NCBI GenBank assembly: GCA_036172245.1
Contig: JAYWIR010000079.1
Location: 1-64,000 of the forward strand
Length of the DNA: 64,000 bases
Direction: 5' to 3'
From: Raillietiella orientalis
Lineage: Eukaryota
Positions 32,601 to 45,045 of the stretch are shown one piece after another. The notes under the pieces are model-generated. The model ran no database searches and was not told where the DNA came from. It saw only the letters and a list, made by a program, of their open reading frames with translations. The position numbers were made by a program, and so were the translations under genes. How positions within the stretch are numbered: the first letter of the stretch is position 1; each line of letters begins with the position of its first letter.

Positions 32601-35600
32601 AAAATCAACAGTGAAAATAATAAAACATATACACATCTAAACAAATATGCATCATGTTGAAGAGAATGAAGCTGCAGAAGTTATTCAAACACACATAAGC
32701 TGGATTTCAAGTATATTAGAAAGTTAAATTAGAAATAAAAAGCAAATTAGCAAAGGAAAATAAATAAAGTATTGGGCATATATCTTGCTCAATAAGGAAT
32801 TAATAAATACCTATTATAGCTAAGATTTAGAGTCTGAAGATTTCGACAAAAGCATGCACAAGCCTCAGGAACACTTTTCAATTTATTATGAGACAAATTT
32901 AAATTAACTATTGGACACTCGGAATTCATAATATTTTCTGATGCTGCTTCTCTGTCAATAAATGTAAGGGTATTAATCCATCGGTTCTGGTGTCGTAGAA
33001 ACTTTTCTTCCAAATTTTTAATCATCTTAAGATTTGTAAATTCTTTTTTTGCAGAAAGACATTCGGTTTCTTCAGAAATGGAAGAATGAAAAACAGTTGA
33101 TTCCGGTTCAAATCTGTTTTTTGCACACTGATCCAAATTTTCTGACTGAAAAGTTGACATTTTTGAAGTTTCAGAAGCAGTATTAATTTTCAAAATCTTC
33201 CCACATAAAGTGGGAAGATCTTCAATAAGATTGAATGAAAGGTTTAAATCAACTAAAGATTTTGCACTCCAAATAGTAAATGGTAATGCAGACAATTTAT
33301 TATTTGATAAATCAAGTATCTTAATATGCTTAAAGGCGAAAATTCCTTCAGGTATTTGCACTAATCTATTGCACTGAAGATGCAATTCTTCCAAGATACA
33401 AAGACTTTCCAGCTGCATCTTGTGTTCAGAGTTTTGCCATACTTTTGGCTTGATGTTGTCCAAATCAAAAGTGATGTATTCCAATTTATTGAATGATGCA
33501 TTCAATATTTTTAAACTAGGCATCTGGAATAAAACAGACGGTAAGTTTTTGAGGGAATTTCCGGATATATCAATTCTTGTGATGGCACACAAGGAAATGA
33601 AACTTTCATTTAACTTGCAGTACAACTTTCTATTCAAATGCAAACACGAATCAACAAGCCACTCTTCCTTCAATGTGTCCGCTAATCCAATATTGTGCCA
33701 GTTAATCATAACAGGTGTTGTTGGAAATTTTGAACTATAAGTGATAAGATTTCTATTAGTCATGATAGGTAGTGACTGTGAAAATCCATGATATTCCATT
33801 GTGGGTTTGTTGATTCTGATATCAGGGTCGGAAAACACATGCAACATTAAGAGAGAGGAAATCATTTTGTCGTCATTATACTGAATTGCATAACGCAATG
33901 CTTTATTTTGATAATCCCGAGCACCATATTGCAATAACAAATTCATCATGTTTAAATCCCTTAATCTGCAGGCCTCTATGAGGCATGATGTCTCTAAAAC
34001 AGAAATAAAATGAAACAGCACAAGAATATCTGTACTTACCAGAAAATATCGTTTCATTTTCTACTGAACCTACATTTGGAATGTAAATTGTTTGATTAGG
34101 ATCAGAACCCGAATCTAAAAGATGCTTAGCAATTTTATGACATCCTTGAGTCACAGCTATGTATAAAGCTGTCTGACATCCATTGTTGCAATACACATTA
34201 ACATGAATAGGAAGTATTTCTTTTTTCGAAAAGCTTTCATAATGCAAGTCCTTAACTTCCTGTGAAGATAATTTTTTAATGATTGCTTGTATGTTGTTTG
34301 ATATTCTAATTTTCGAACAATGAATATCACTTTCTTGATGATGATTCTGCAGTGTATCAGAAAGCTGATTACCTTTCTGTGAAGAAAAGGGTGATCCCTG
34401 AATATCTTGCAAGGTTTCAAGCATTTTAATTTGTTACACTTACCTGGACATTAAATAATTCTACGAACTGAGTTAGGCGAAACTGTAAAAGCAATTCCAC
34501 TAACTGGTAATTCTCCAAGTAACATGAAAGAAAAAGAGCAGTATTTCCAGAAACATCCTTTGCATTTAAATCAAAGGCAAATTTAAAGTTGAACTTTCCG
34601 GACTCATCACTGGAAGTGACAAACAACATTTATTTAATGAAATTTCCAGAGATATTGAGATACGCAAGTGGATTTAGAAATAATCATGGAAATTCTTTTA
34701 AGCATATTCAAAGATAAAATGTACCTAAACGTTTGTAAGAACTCATCAGGATATTTAAAATATAGAAGCATACTGAGAATATCTGCTTGACCACTGATGC
34801 AACATGCATGACTAGGAAGCCATTTTTCAATTGTGGGTAATTGTACCAATCTGGGATATTTCTAAAACGTTTACTACCAATAAATAAAAAACAAATAATA
34901 ACCAGTACTTTTAAAAGTAGCTGAACTATGTGCTTTCTTCCTTTTAAACATGATATGTATAAAGGAGAATATTTGGTTACAGGATGTACGCGATCATCGG
35001 CTCCATTCTCCAAAAGAAGCTCCACTAGTTTATCATTGCCTTCTTCACATGCCCTGAAAAACAAAAATGAATTCATTTGAAAAAAACTTGGACATCCATA
35101 ATTTATGTTTTACAATGCTTTCTTTCCTTTCAACAGTATTGCTAATTAACTCATACATTATAAAATTCCCATATGACTTTCTTAGTCATTTATTTATACA
35201 CTTTTATTACTTTTGGGTTTTTACTTCTATATCTCCATAGCGTCCATGTGAAAACTAAAATCTGATAAGGTTCTTAGAATCATTAATTGCAATTTACATT
35301 TAGGTATGTGATAATAAATACGTTCCACTTTAATAATAATGATTTTATCTAAAACTGCTCTTCACTTTTACCGATCCAAATCATTGAGATTAATTAAAGA
35401 TGAATAGTTTAGCATTTTGAATTTTGCATCCTCTGGGTTTGTTGATCTTGTCAAACTATTTCCATAAGGAGAAATACTTTGTAAAGGAAAACAAAGGCCT
35501 AGAACAATTAGATAAACGAGAAAATGAAAATAAATAATAGTTTTTTTTTTTTAATCATATATAGATAATGAAGTTCAAGTAATGAAATGAATAATCAGAA

Positions 35601-38600
35601 ATGTATGATGTACATCAGAAATGAAGGAATTTAGGAAAATAAATATAATAATAATCTATCTATAAAGAACACTGATCCACAATTTTTCAGTATGCATGGT
35701 TTGAAGTGGTAAGGGGACTTTCAGTTATATTAAGCATCCTTTTGTTTTATTGGTTTCCAGCACTTCTACATATTTGGTATTTCAACAAGGCTGTGAAAAA
35801 TCATGTTACCTTTCAGTCACATCTTATTTATGTTAATATTTCATATGTTCACATACATACTGAATGCAACACTGAAAAATTATCAACTTATGTTATCTGT
35901 AAATTCTTACTTGTACAATAAAGTATTTGAACCATTGGGAGCAGAATTAATTGCAAGCTTTTTGTTTCCACGAAATTCACTAAGAAGTCTTGAAATTTTG
36001 CTAATATTGTCTTCAGAACAAAATTTTTTTAAAGTCTGATAAAAATCATGGTTGTGAACTTCCTGGGAATCTTGAAGAGAAAGAACAGGAAAATAAACAT
36101 TGACGATCTAAATAATTAGTTAACAAATAAATAGGATGAACGTTAGGATTAATTCTTAGTGTTTCTTAGTGTAATAAATTTACAATCCATACAATATACA
36201 TGTTTCTAGCAATAAGTCCAGAGATCTTTTTTTCTAAATTAAAGCATCAAAACGCAATTATTTCATTCATGTTTTTGTGTGCTGAAGGAAGAATTCCCAT
36301 AATTATGCCTTAATGCATATGAAATTTTGCAAATCACAATACACAAAGTTATATAATGAGGTCCAAAGTTCTTCAGATTGGAAGAAGGAAGTCAAAAAAT
36401 TATTCCAGATATCTGCACCTGTAGCTTGTTTTAATATTTCCACACAAGTATGATGACCCCCTAAGTCAGCTAAATCCAGTGCTGTAAGTCCTTTGGCATC
36501 CTTTATCAATACATCAGCTCCAAATTGAAGAAGCAATCTTATATTTGTTTCACGCCCACATTCACTTGCAAGATGTAAGGGGCTCTAAAACAAGAACTTT
36601 ATATTTCTTTCACATATTTCACTTATTCTGGGGTGACAACACCTCATTACAGCATTTTAATGAACATCAGTTTCCTTGTTATAATTGACTGTTTTTTAAG
36701 ACCCATGAAATATACCATAACCTTCTATTATTACAGACTGTTTTATTATTTGACAACTAGGAATTTTCTGAATGAAATACAGGTTGAAAAAGGCAAGGAA
36801 TAGTTCGCATTTTTGATAATATCACTGCACATCAATGTTTTGATCAAAATTTCATGCAATAAAAGGAATTTTTAAATGACAGAGTTCTTATTATTCAGTG
36901 AGCCAAAATTATCAAATGAAAGAAGCTGTTTGAACAATATTTTCTCGTAGACACACGATACATTTTCAATAGAATATCAGAAATTTATTCACAAGTGAAG
37001 ACCTAAATACTGATATCGCCAACCCAAGTTTTATGAATGAAGAGTTTTTTTATTAACAGAAGCTGTCCTGTAGAAAAATAGGCATTCTACTGCACCATTC
37101 AAAATAATCCACGATTTACATAGTTAAATTTTCTACCGGTAGGAAATCCTTCCAGTAGAAATATTCTAACACCAATTGTCTGAAAATTCAGGAACTACCA
37201 ATCCTGTTGAAATGCTAGGTGTACAAAACTTTCCAGAATGCCATAATTTAAGGGCAAATCACTTGATTTAAACTAAGTAAACTGTCTCACAAGGTCCCTT
37301 TTTATCATGCTGCTTTGTCACCAAAAGAACTAAATCCCTACAAATACAAAATAAGCAAATATTGGAAGCAATGCATCCAGTTCCTTCAAAAAGTGTATTG
37401 AAATAAGGGCAAGACAATGAATAAACAAAATAAAAATGTAAAAGTAGATGATTTGCAACAAAGAGATTTTTATAAACTAAAAATAATTACTATACCGGAA
37501 CTTATTAGATCCTTTAAATTTTATTCATGGCTGGGAAATATGGAATGCATCGATACCAAACATAAATCCAAGGAAAGAAAGAAAGAAAGAAAAAGTTGAT
37601 CAAATATTAAAATTATCTTACTTACTCTACTTTATGTGCGAATTGATAAAATTGGAAAAGAATTTCTTTCAGAAAGTACCTAAATCTGAAAGCTGGAAAT
37701 GTGGATAATGACACTCATACCAAAAAGACTATCAATAACTTAGCATTATGAAAGAATGGACTCGAAATGCATGTCATTGAAATAAATATCTAAACAGTTT
37801 CTATTAATATTACTTGGTATTGTCAATGTAGGAAACAGTGTTAAGTTACTGATCAACTAAAAGGCACATTTTTCTAAATTTTTAAGAAGTATAATTAATT
37901 TGTAATTGCAAATATGCAAAAAAGGCAAACTGAAACATATTATACAAATATGCTTCAAACACACTGAACACAGACATCTTACACATATGGAATTTACAAA
38001 CCAAGAACAAAACCGAAAACTTCACTATTACAGAAAATAACTATCTTTTACTTTTAGCATTTCCACCAATGGAAGAACCACCAAAAAGTTAAGGACTATA
38101 ACATTAAAACATCTCTTTTCATTTCTTAATTTGAGAAGAATTTTCAAAGATCATTAAAGAAAAACTGATTTTCTACTTTGTGTTGTACAGCATATACAGC
38201 CAATTATTCTGTTCCGATCGAAAATATAAAAAGAAACAAAAAATATCCTATGCATACAAAAATTATAATAAAAAAATTGCTACATCTTTATGACCTTCTA
38301 AAATTCATTTGGACATTAACTTAGATTTCTAGTATCGTTTTGTCACTATGCTTGCCTGAAATAATTCTGATAATTTTTCAAAATTATTGTAAGATGTTCT
38401 TTTTTCCAAAACACCTACAAGCCTTCTCAAGTCCATATGCTTTTTTTTTTTTGATATCGACGGTATGAAAACAGAGTAGTCTTAAATTGTTAAAAATACA
38501 TATGATTTCATGCAATTGTCCAAAACAGATTTCTCCTAAGTTGTAAAAAACCGATAAGATTCCAAATAATTAACATACTTGTATACACAACTATCAGTCA

Positions 38601-41600
38601 AAAATTTTCAGCTTGCATCATAGATCAGACTGTTACATTTGAAGAGACCAAAAAAAAAACACTTTTTGTTCCGATGAATTTTTCCTCCCTATTCAAAAAC
38701 TGAGGCCCAAACATAAATTTGAAAACTGTTTGATCAATACTTGCAGATTTTGTTTTCCACGATAAACTCCACATGGCTGCATAAATTTGTCAACTTCAAA
38801 ACATCAGTTTCTGAATGTTAATTAATGAAAGATTGATAAAAATGAATATTACTATTTTTCTGCCTTGTTATGTTATTATTCTGAATCTTTATTATTAAGT
38901 ACTAAAGGCATTCCGAGATTATTTTGTTATTATTCTTTCTAACCCCAATATTGTCCGATGCTACACTGTTCTTCAGGTTAGCATCTCTGTGTTCCCAAAA
39001 TGTTCCGAGTCTGCATAAAATATACTTTGTTAAATTTTGTTACTTAATTTCTTTTGAGATTAGCATGTTTTAATCTCGTATCTCTTTTAACAAGGTATTA
39101 AAGATTTTTGCACTTTATTCAAACTTTTATCATGTATATGTACACGACATAAGTAAATGATTCAAAGACAATTCAAAGAGCAAGTGAGTATTCAATGCAG
39201 CGTTTTTGAGTGCAATTTAAGATGAAACCTTCGCAAATGCACATGCCTAAACAAATGAAATGTTAGAGTTCCATATTACTGTTAGAATGTCAAAGAACCA
39301 ATGAAAGCCATTTAACTCCTCTATGATCAATAAATCAGGCTTCCCCTGACTTGCAAAGACACAAATCTTTCTTCAAGTAGCATCAATTCTAATTTTTGGA
39401 ATTTTCATTAATACAAAATAGAAATTAAATTCAAATTAATACCTGAGTTTTTTCTATTATTTGAAAACCTAAAAAGCAAACAGAGAAAGTCTGTTAAACT
39501 CAGAGACAGATAAAATGAACAGAGTTCAGAGCCTTAACTGTTACAAGTATTATTAACCTTAGCTAAGCCATTTTTTAGAATTTTCCGTTGAAAAAGCGTT
39601 TTTAAGAAATGCACCATGCATGGGAATATGCAGATGTTTCAACTTTATCACTATGTTTTACCTGTAACAGTTTTAGATTAGTTTGAGTTGAAAAAGGAAA
39701 GATGATTAATAAAAACTTAATTCAGAATTATGATTTAAGCATTGCGAAACAATATTACCCACCATTATTTCTACCTGACTAACTGAATTTCAAACACCAA
39801 TTTGTGTTCCAAAAGAAGAATTAATAACATGCGAAAAGTAGCATTAAGGTGGACTAGTATGTATGCCTAAATCTCTTCATAAGCATTTCAAATTATAGAT
39901 GCAACTATTCATACCAAAAATATAGTAATTCAGAAATAAGGCTCCATCATACATTGCAGCTACAAATTAGGTACTAGTTAAATAAAAGCCACAAACTATT
40001 CCAAAACAATTGTTAAAGTGGTGCAACTTCCAATCACAATGATTCTAAAAATTCCATCACATTTTTGGTTATCCCAATTATTATTCCATATTGAAGCCCT
40101 AACTTTCAAGGTAGTACCGAAATTTTCCCACTTCTACCTGAAAATGTTCAAGTGTTCTTTGGAAACTTTTTGGGCAATTCCAAATTAAATCATTTATAAT
40201 AGTACATTAATTTAGATACGTAATTCTGATCAACCATTATTGAATTCTTACACACAATCAAATCAAATTAGTATTCCTTAACTTCAATGTTGGAATATCT
40301 GCAGGTTTCAATTTGATGATTCATTCAATGATCACATTAAAACATGAATCACTTAATAAGGATCAGTAGTGAACAATCACGTGCATTTCATCCTTGAAAT
40401 GCTGGTTTAAGATAAATGAATCATATTGCAAATCATCCAGCTTTCCAAAACATGACAACAATATTCACACAAAAGAATTTAATATAAACTGCTGTAGTGA
40501 TTCTTTTAGTATCAACAAATTCACAGAATGGCTTTGAATAATCGACATTTGCATCTCAAATAACAATTTAAATTTAGATATGAACTGTAATTCTAGTGAA
40601 AAGGAAAAGACATTCAAAAAATGCATCACCTTATTGCCATCTTTAGGTCCACAAATAACATTTGGACTGGCTGAAAAAAAAAGCACATGCAAGTTACATA
40701 CAGAATTTTGTTTTTATGTGTCTTTACATTTATTGAGTATCTTACCTCCAGTCTGCAACAAAATCTCTAAGCATTTTGAATCCTTATTAATGCTTGCAGT
40801 ATGCAATGGTGTTCTTCCTTGTAAATCTATACAATTAATATGATTTCTTTCCTCTCCATTGAGAAGATCTTCTAATAATTCAGAATTATCCCACAAAGCT
40901 GCCTTAAAATAGAATAATTGTTTAGAACAAATAATAGTTTATTTTTTTTCTCACCAAAATACTTTGCATTAATGCAGTTTTATGTCACATGAATTTTAGT
41001 TTAATTATAAGTGAACATCAGAAAATCTAAGGCAGTGATGTGAGTGTAACATTGCTCATCTGTAATTTCAATATTGAAAAAAACTCTGGACTCATTCTCT
41101 CAACTGAAGAAGCTTAAAATGTAACCTATTACATAAAATCCAAAACACTTCATGATTAATCATTCACTTTTGAATGAAATAAGAGATGACCACTTTTCAA
41201 ATAGAAATATTTAAATTCATCAAACGCATACCTAAGATGATAATGACTCTATTTGTGCAAGTTATTTTTGCTAGTGACAGAAACTACAAGCACTAGCAAA
41301 GAAAGAATTAGAAAATCCTAGTTTGTGAGACTTGATACCTTTTATAGCTTTACTGATTTGACTCATATGTGTTTAAGAAATCTGTTTCAAAAGAAAACCA
41401 TTATTTGACATGGATATAGCAAACATTAAACTCAATCAACGAAACTGGGAAGAAAAAGGCATCATTCATGAAACCAAAACGAAGAAAAACCTGAACCCTT
41501 GGCGGATTCACAAAGTACTGAATACATCAGCACAATGTGTACTTGGTTCGTGTCACTTCTCATGAACGTTTGTTGCAGTAAGAAAATGCAATAACTGGCA

Positions 41601-41808
41601 TTGGAATCAATTTGAGGTTAGTGAAGTTTTCCATTTTATAAAACACACACTAGTGAGAACAAATCTACAAAAGATATGAGAGTATATGCAAATGGATGAG
41701 AATATGCAGAATATGATTCCATATGTGTGGCATTCATGAACACGTGAATTGCAAAAAGAAACTAACTTATACCTGATGTAATAACTTTCCTGGAAATTCA
41801 TCATCCAT
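20638..41808 (-). CDS. lrk-1: Leucine-rich repeat kinase (ROCO family; ANK-LRR-ROC-COR-kinase-WD40-like), lrk-1/Lrrk orthologue, multi-exon
   Basis: Exon 1 (41808-41773) gives MDDEFPGKLLHQ, followed by AALWDNSELLEDLL (40902). Ankyrin repeats include GRTPLH and SPLYISC. LRRs lie at ~34000-29200. ROC motifs: MKLMIVGDQGIGKTSL, STVGVDI, TWDFGGQKEYYATHQYFLS, VILVGTHFD. COR motifs: DPQWLCDMLAHV, YLPTGFWSR, IDTLLEDWYPALG. Kinase motifs: LGQGASSV, VAVK, IVYRDLKSEN, ADYSISR, GTEGYMAPE. C-terminal beta-propeller-like exons end AEKWF-stop at 20638. Confidence 0.96.
24656..24698. repeat. 15-bp inverted repeat with terminal A/T tracts in an LRRK intron
   Basis: AAAAAGGGATGCTAA-cgtcagaca-TTAGCATCCCTTTTT, followed by further T residues. 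Confidence 0.85.
26429..26524. repeat. 32-bp imperfect inverted repeat in an LRRK intron
   Basis: AAACAGATTAGATGCAGAAATAACAGTGGCTA (26429-26460) against the reverse complement of 26493-26524, AAACAGATTAGATGCAGGAGTAACAGTGACTA: 29/32 identical. Confidence 0.9.
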
Positions 41809-43820
41809 TTTTCCATGGGGTTTCTGATGAGAGAATGGATCACATATCTTTTTCCCTTCTACCCTTCTTTTTCTGTCAACTTTGTACTTGCATTTGGAAT
41901 GATGAGACTCTTGCTTTGTTCTGATTTCATGCAGAAATCTTTCCGATCCTATTTCATGGGCCCTTATTTCGAGAAAGGGAGCACATACAAATACAGCGAT
42001 ATTACCTAAGTATAATTGGTGTTATATGGGGATGATATTATATTTACATCAGCATTGTTCTATTTATGCTTCAACATAATACAGAAAATCAATGATTTGA
42101 ACAGAAGACAAGGCCATTGAAACAGAAAGTTTAGGGGATGCAAGTGAACGTAGTCTAACCATGTAGACAAAGAAACAAAACACCTGAAACAGTATTTGAG
42201 TCTCTTTTTTTTAATACATAGCATAAATACATATAATTTTCGCAAAAAGACTGCCGTCATTCGAAATGCTATTGGAAATTAAACGATATTTAAATATTAA
42301 TTAATGCAGAAGGAGAAAAGTAATCTTTTTGATAATTAGTATTTAGGTTGCTGTTAATTGAAGGAATACAGAAAGAGAAAAAAAAAAAAAAGGCAAAAGT
42401 AGATTAATGGTTGGTTGCATGTAAGATGCATCAGAAGAGGAGCGTAGATTCCAGTAGCTCGAATCTAGCACGCATGCAATTTGTAGAGATGATAAATGAA
42501 GAGCAATTCACAGCTTATTTTTGTCTTGTTTTGAAATCTTCTCTTCTGAGTTTGATGAGAACTGTAAGCTTTCACGGTCATATTTTGGCAGACATTGAAT
42601 ACACTGAATACATTGCACTGATGGTTGTTAGAGATACAACCTCAGTCTCGGGAAGTCTTCTTTATTAACGAATCTACTCTTACTCTTTCTTTCATGGTAA
42701 AAGATGATTCGTTATAGAGAGTTTTCTTCAAAGAAAGACTACAAAAGTACTTCTTACATAATCTGAAGCTTGAACAGCCTATACATTTTCATTTTTCCCA
42801 TCTGAAAACAGCGGAGAATATTTTTTCACCCCGGCGTGCAATAGTCGAGGGATAACAGTTGTCAAAACGATAGCATTTCAAAAGAATTCTTCATTGTCGC
42901 TCTCCTTTGGTCTTTTATTTCCTCAAAATTTTTTATCAAAGACTGAGATACAGAGCAGTAATCTATCCCATCTCTACTGAATGGCCCATTCTCTTTAGAC
43001 AGCCTTTCGGTTACACTGATAGCACATGCTTGTCTTTCTTGGCTATTTTTTTTCTTTTTCATTTTCTCTGTGAGCATCTATAAAAACTGCGTGGATATTC
43101 TTTTATCTTCGTTACAAGACGGTTGGTCATCTTTTTCTGTGAAAATATCTCTAAAGTGTCTACCACACATTTTCCGTTCCATCCGAAGACATTCTTAGTT
43201 TCTTCCACTTTCTTGTAAGATCTTTACTAAGAAAAAACATGCAGTCTGAGCTCTCCTGCATAATTTTAGATTGCAATTATTCAACCTGCAATCGCTTTAT
43301 TCACTGAAGCTACAATTTAGTCCATCATGGTGCAATGTGAGTAAATGATTCCACAAAGCGGGTGGTGACGGAGTCCTATAGTACTTATCCTTCTAGTATC
43401 CAAGTTATCGAATCCTTTCTTTTTAATTACCGAAAACGCATCCTTAGATGCTTTTTTGTCATGACTTTGCTGGAGTCTTTAAGAGGTAAAGACACCAGCA
43501 GTGTGATTTTCGTTCTCTACCGATCCGTGAATCGATAGAATAACTTCATTCATGATACTGACGATAGTGTTCCTTCTTGCCTTTGTGCACATCTGATGTC
43601 TGAGTATAAGATATCTCGGAATGCCTTCATTTTATTTGAACCCAAGTCAGTTCTGGAAATCGGTTTTCGTTGGGCAATCCTGTCTTGCTCAGACTTAAGA
43701 CAACATCTTCGATCTAATTTTTTTAATAGGTTTTTCCTCATCTCTAAATCAGACTTTCAGAAAGTCTGCTAAAATCGTATTAGAAATTGTAATAAACGAT
43801 GAAACTATGGGAATCTAGCC

Positions 43821-43866
43821 TCGTTGGCATGGAGAAGTATGCCACCATAACTCTCCATACCAACGA
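43821..43866. repeat. Intergenic ~21-bp imperfect hairpin
   Basis: TCGTTGGCATGGAGAAGTATG-ccac-CATAACTCTCCATACCAACGA; the arms pair with about 3 mismatches. Confidence 0.75.
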
Positions 43867-45045
43867 TGCGGACTATCTACTAATTCTACTGCTAGGTCTT
43901 TCTTTCTTTAACTTTATCAGTACCGTTCTTACTTTCTCCACTTTTATAGAATTGTTCCTTTAATCCATGCCGTTGCTTGGTTTGATTTTTTTTTATCCAA
44001 TCATTTCCTCACACCCCCATGAATGAGCATGTCCGTTGAGAGTCTACGAGCACTCAGCCGAAATCTCCTGCGACTAACAAAGCTGGAACTGTCATGATTT
44101 CCGGAAAGCCGGGACTGCCTGCGTTTACAGCAGCTAAGCTGCTCAGGCATTAGATTTTTTTTTGATAACTGTGCTATTTTATTTTTTACTAATTCAATTA
44201 ACTTATTCAGAGATTATTTCTATATTGATCATTATGGGAAAACCTATGTACAGGTAAATCAAGCAAGCGTGTAGTAAACATCCTGCCTTCCATCATTGCA
44301 TTTTCTCTTTTTTGCTCAACGCACTCTTTCGTTTTTGCCTTCATCGGTAATCAATCTCTGAATAAATTTAATCAGTTCCTAGCAAAAAGACATGTTCCTT
44401 GCAACCCCTCATCTGCTTGATGTACTGAAACAGCCGCATCTCTTGGAGATTTACAATCGTCGCGATGCTCTCAGTGCTCCATCTTCAGTTGTGTCTTGTG
44501 ATGGATCTAGTGTTCCGTTATCCACGGCACTGGGATTGAACCGGGAATTACCAGGGACGATTCTTTATGTGTCGTAGTACGACTCGGAGTCGGTTGGTGT
44601 ATGATAGCTCCTTTTTCCTTTATGGCTTATCCATTTTTCTCGTTACAACAGGCAGCCTTGAAGTCATCCCTCCTCTTACAGTTATTATTCCACTTGCGCG
44701 ATACATTTCATTCATACCCTCAGGACTCGTTTCTAACCTTATTCAAATTACCTTTTTATGCTGTTTTCTACCTTTTTCTGCATCGTTCGAACTGAAAACT
44801 AGATACCCTGAAGCGGCACCTGTGGTAGCCACAACCCCTTTCCAGTTAGTTTTTGATCACTTCTAGCATTACGAACCGAATGCAGTGAATGACAGAGGAT
44901 TTTTGGATCATTTCTCGATATTCCTCCTTTTGGAATCAATTCGTTCACCATATAAGAACAATTGCTTTAACTGTGCAGTTACCGGTCTCACTTTGCCAGA
45001 TCCGCGGGGTACATTGCCTCTGCTCAGAGGTAGTTTGTTTTTAAG

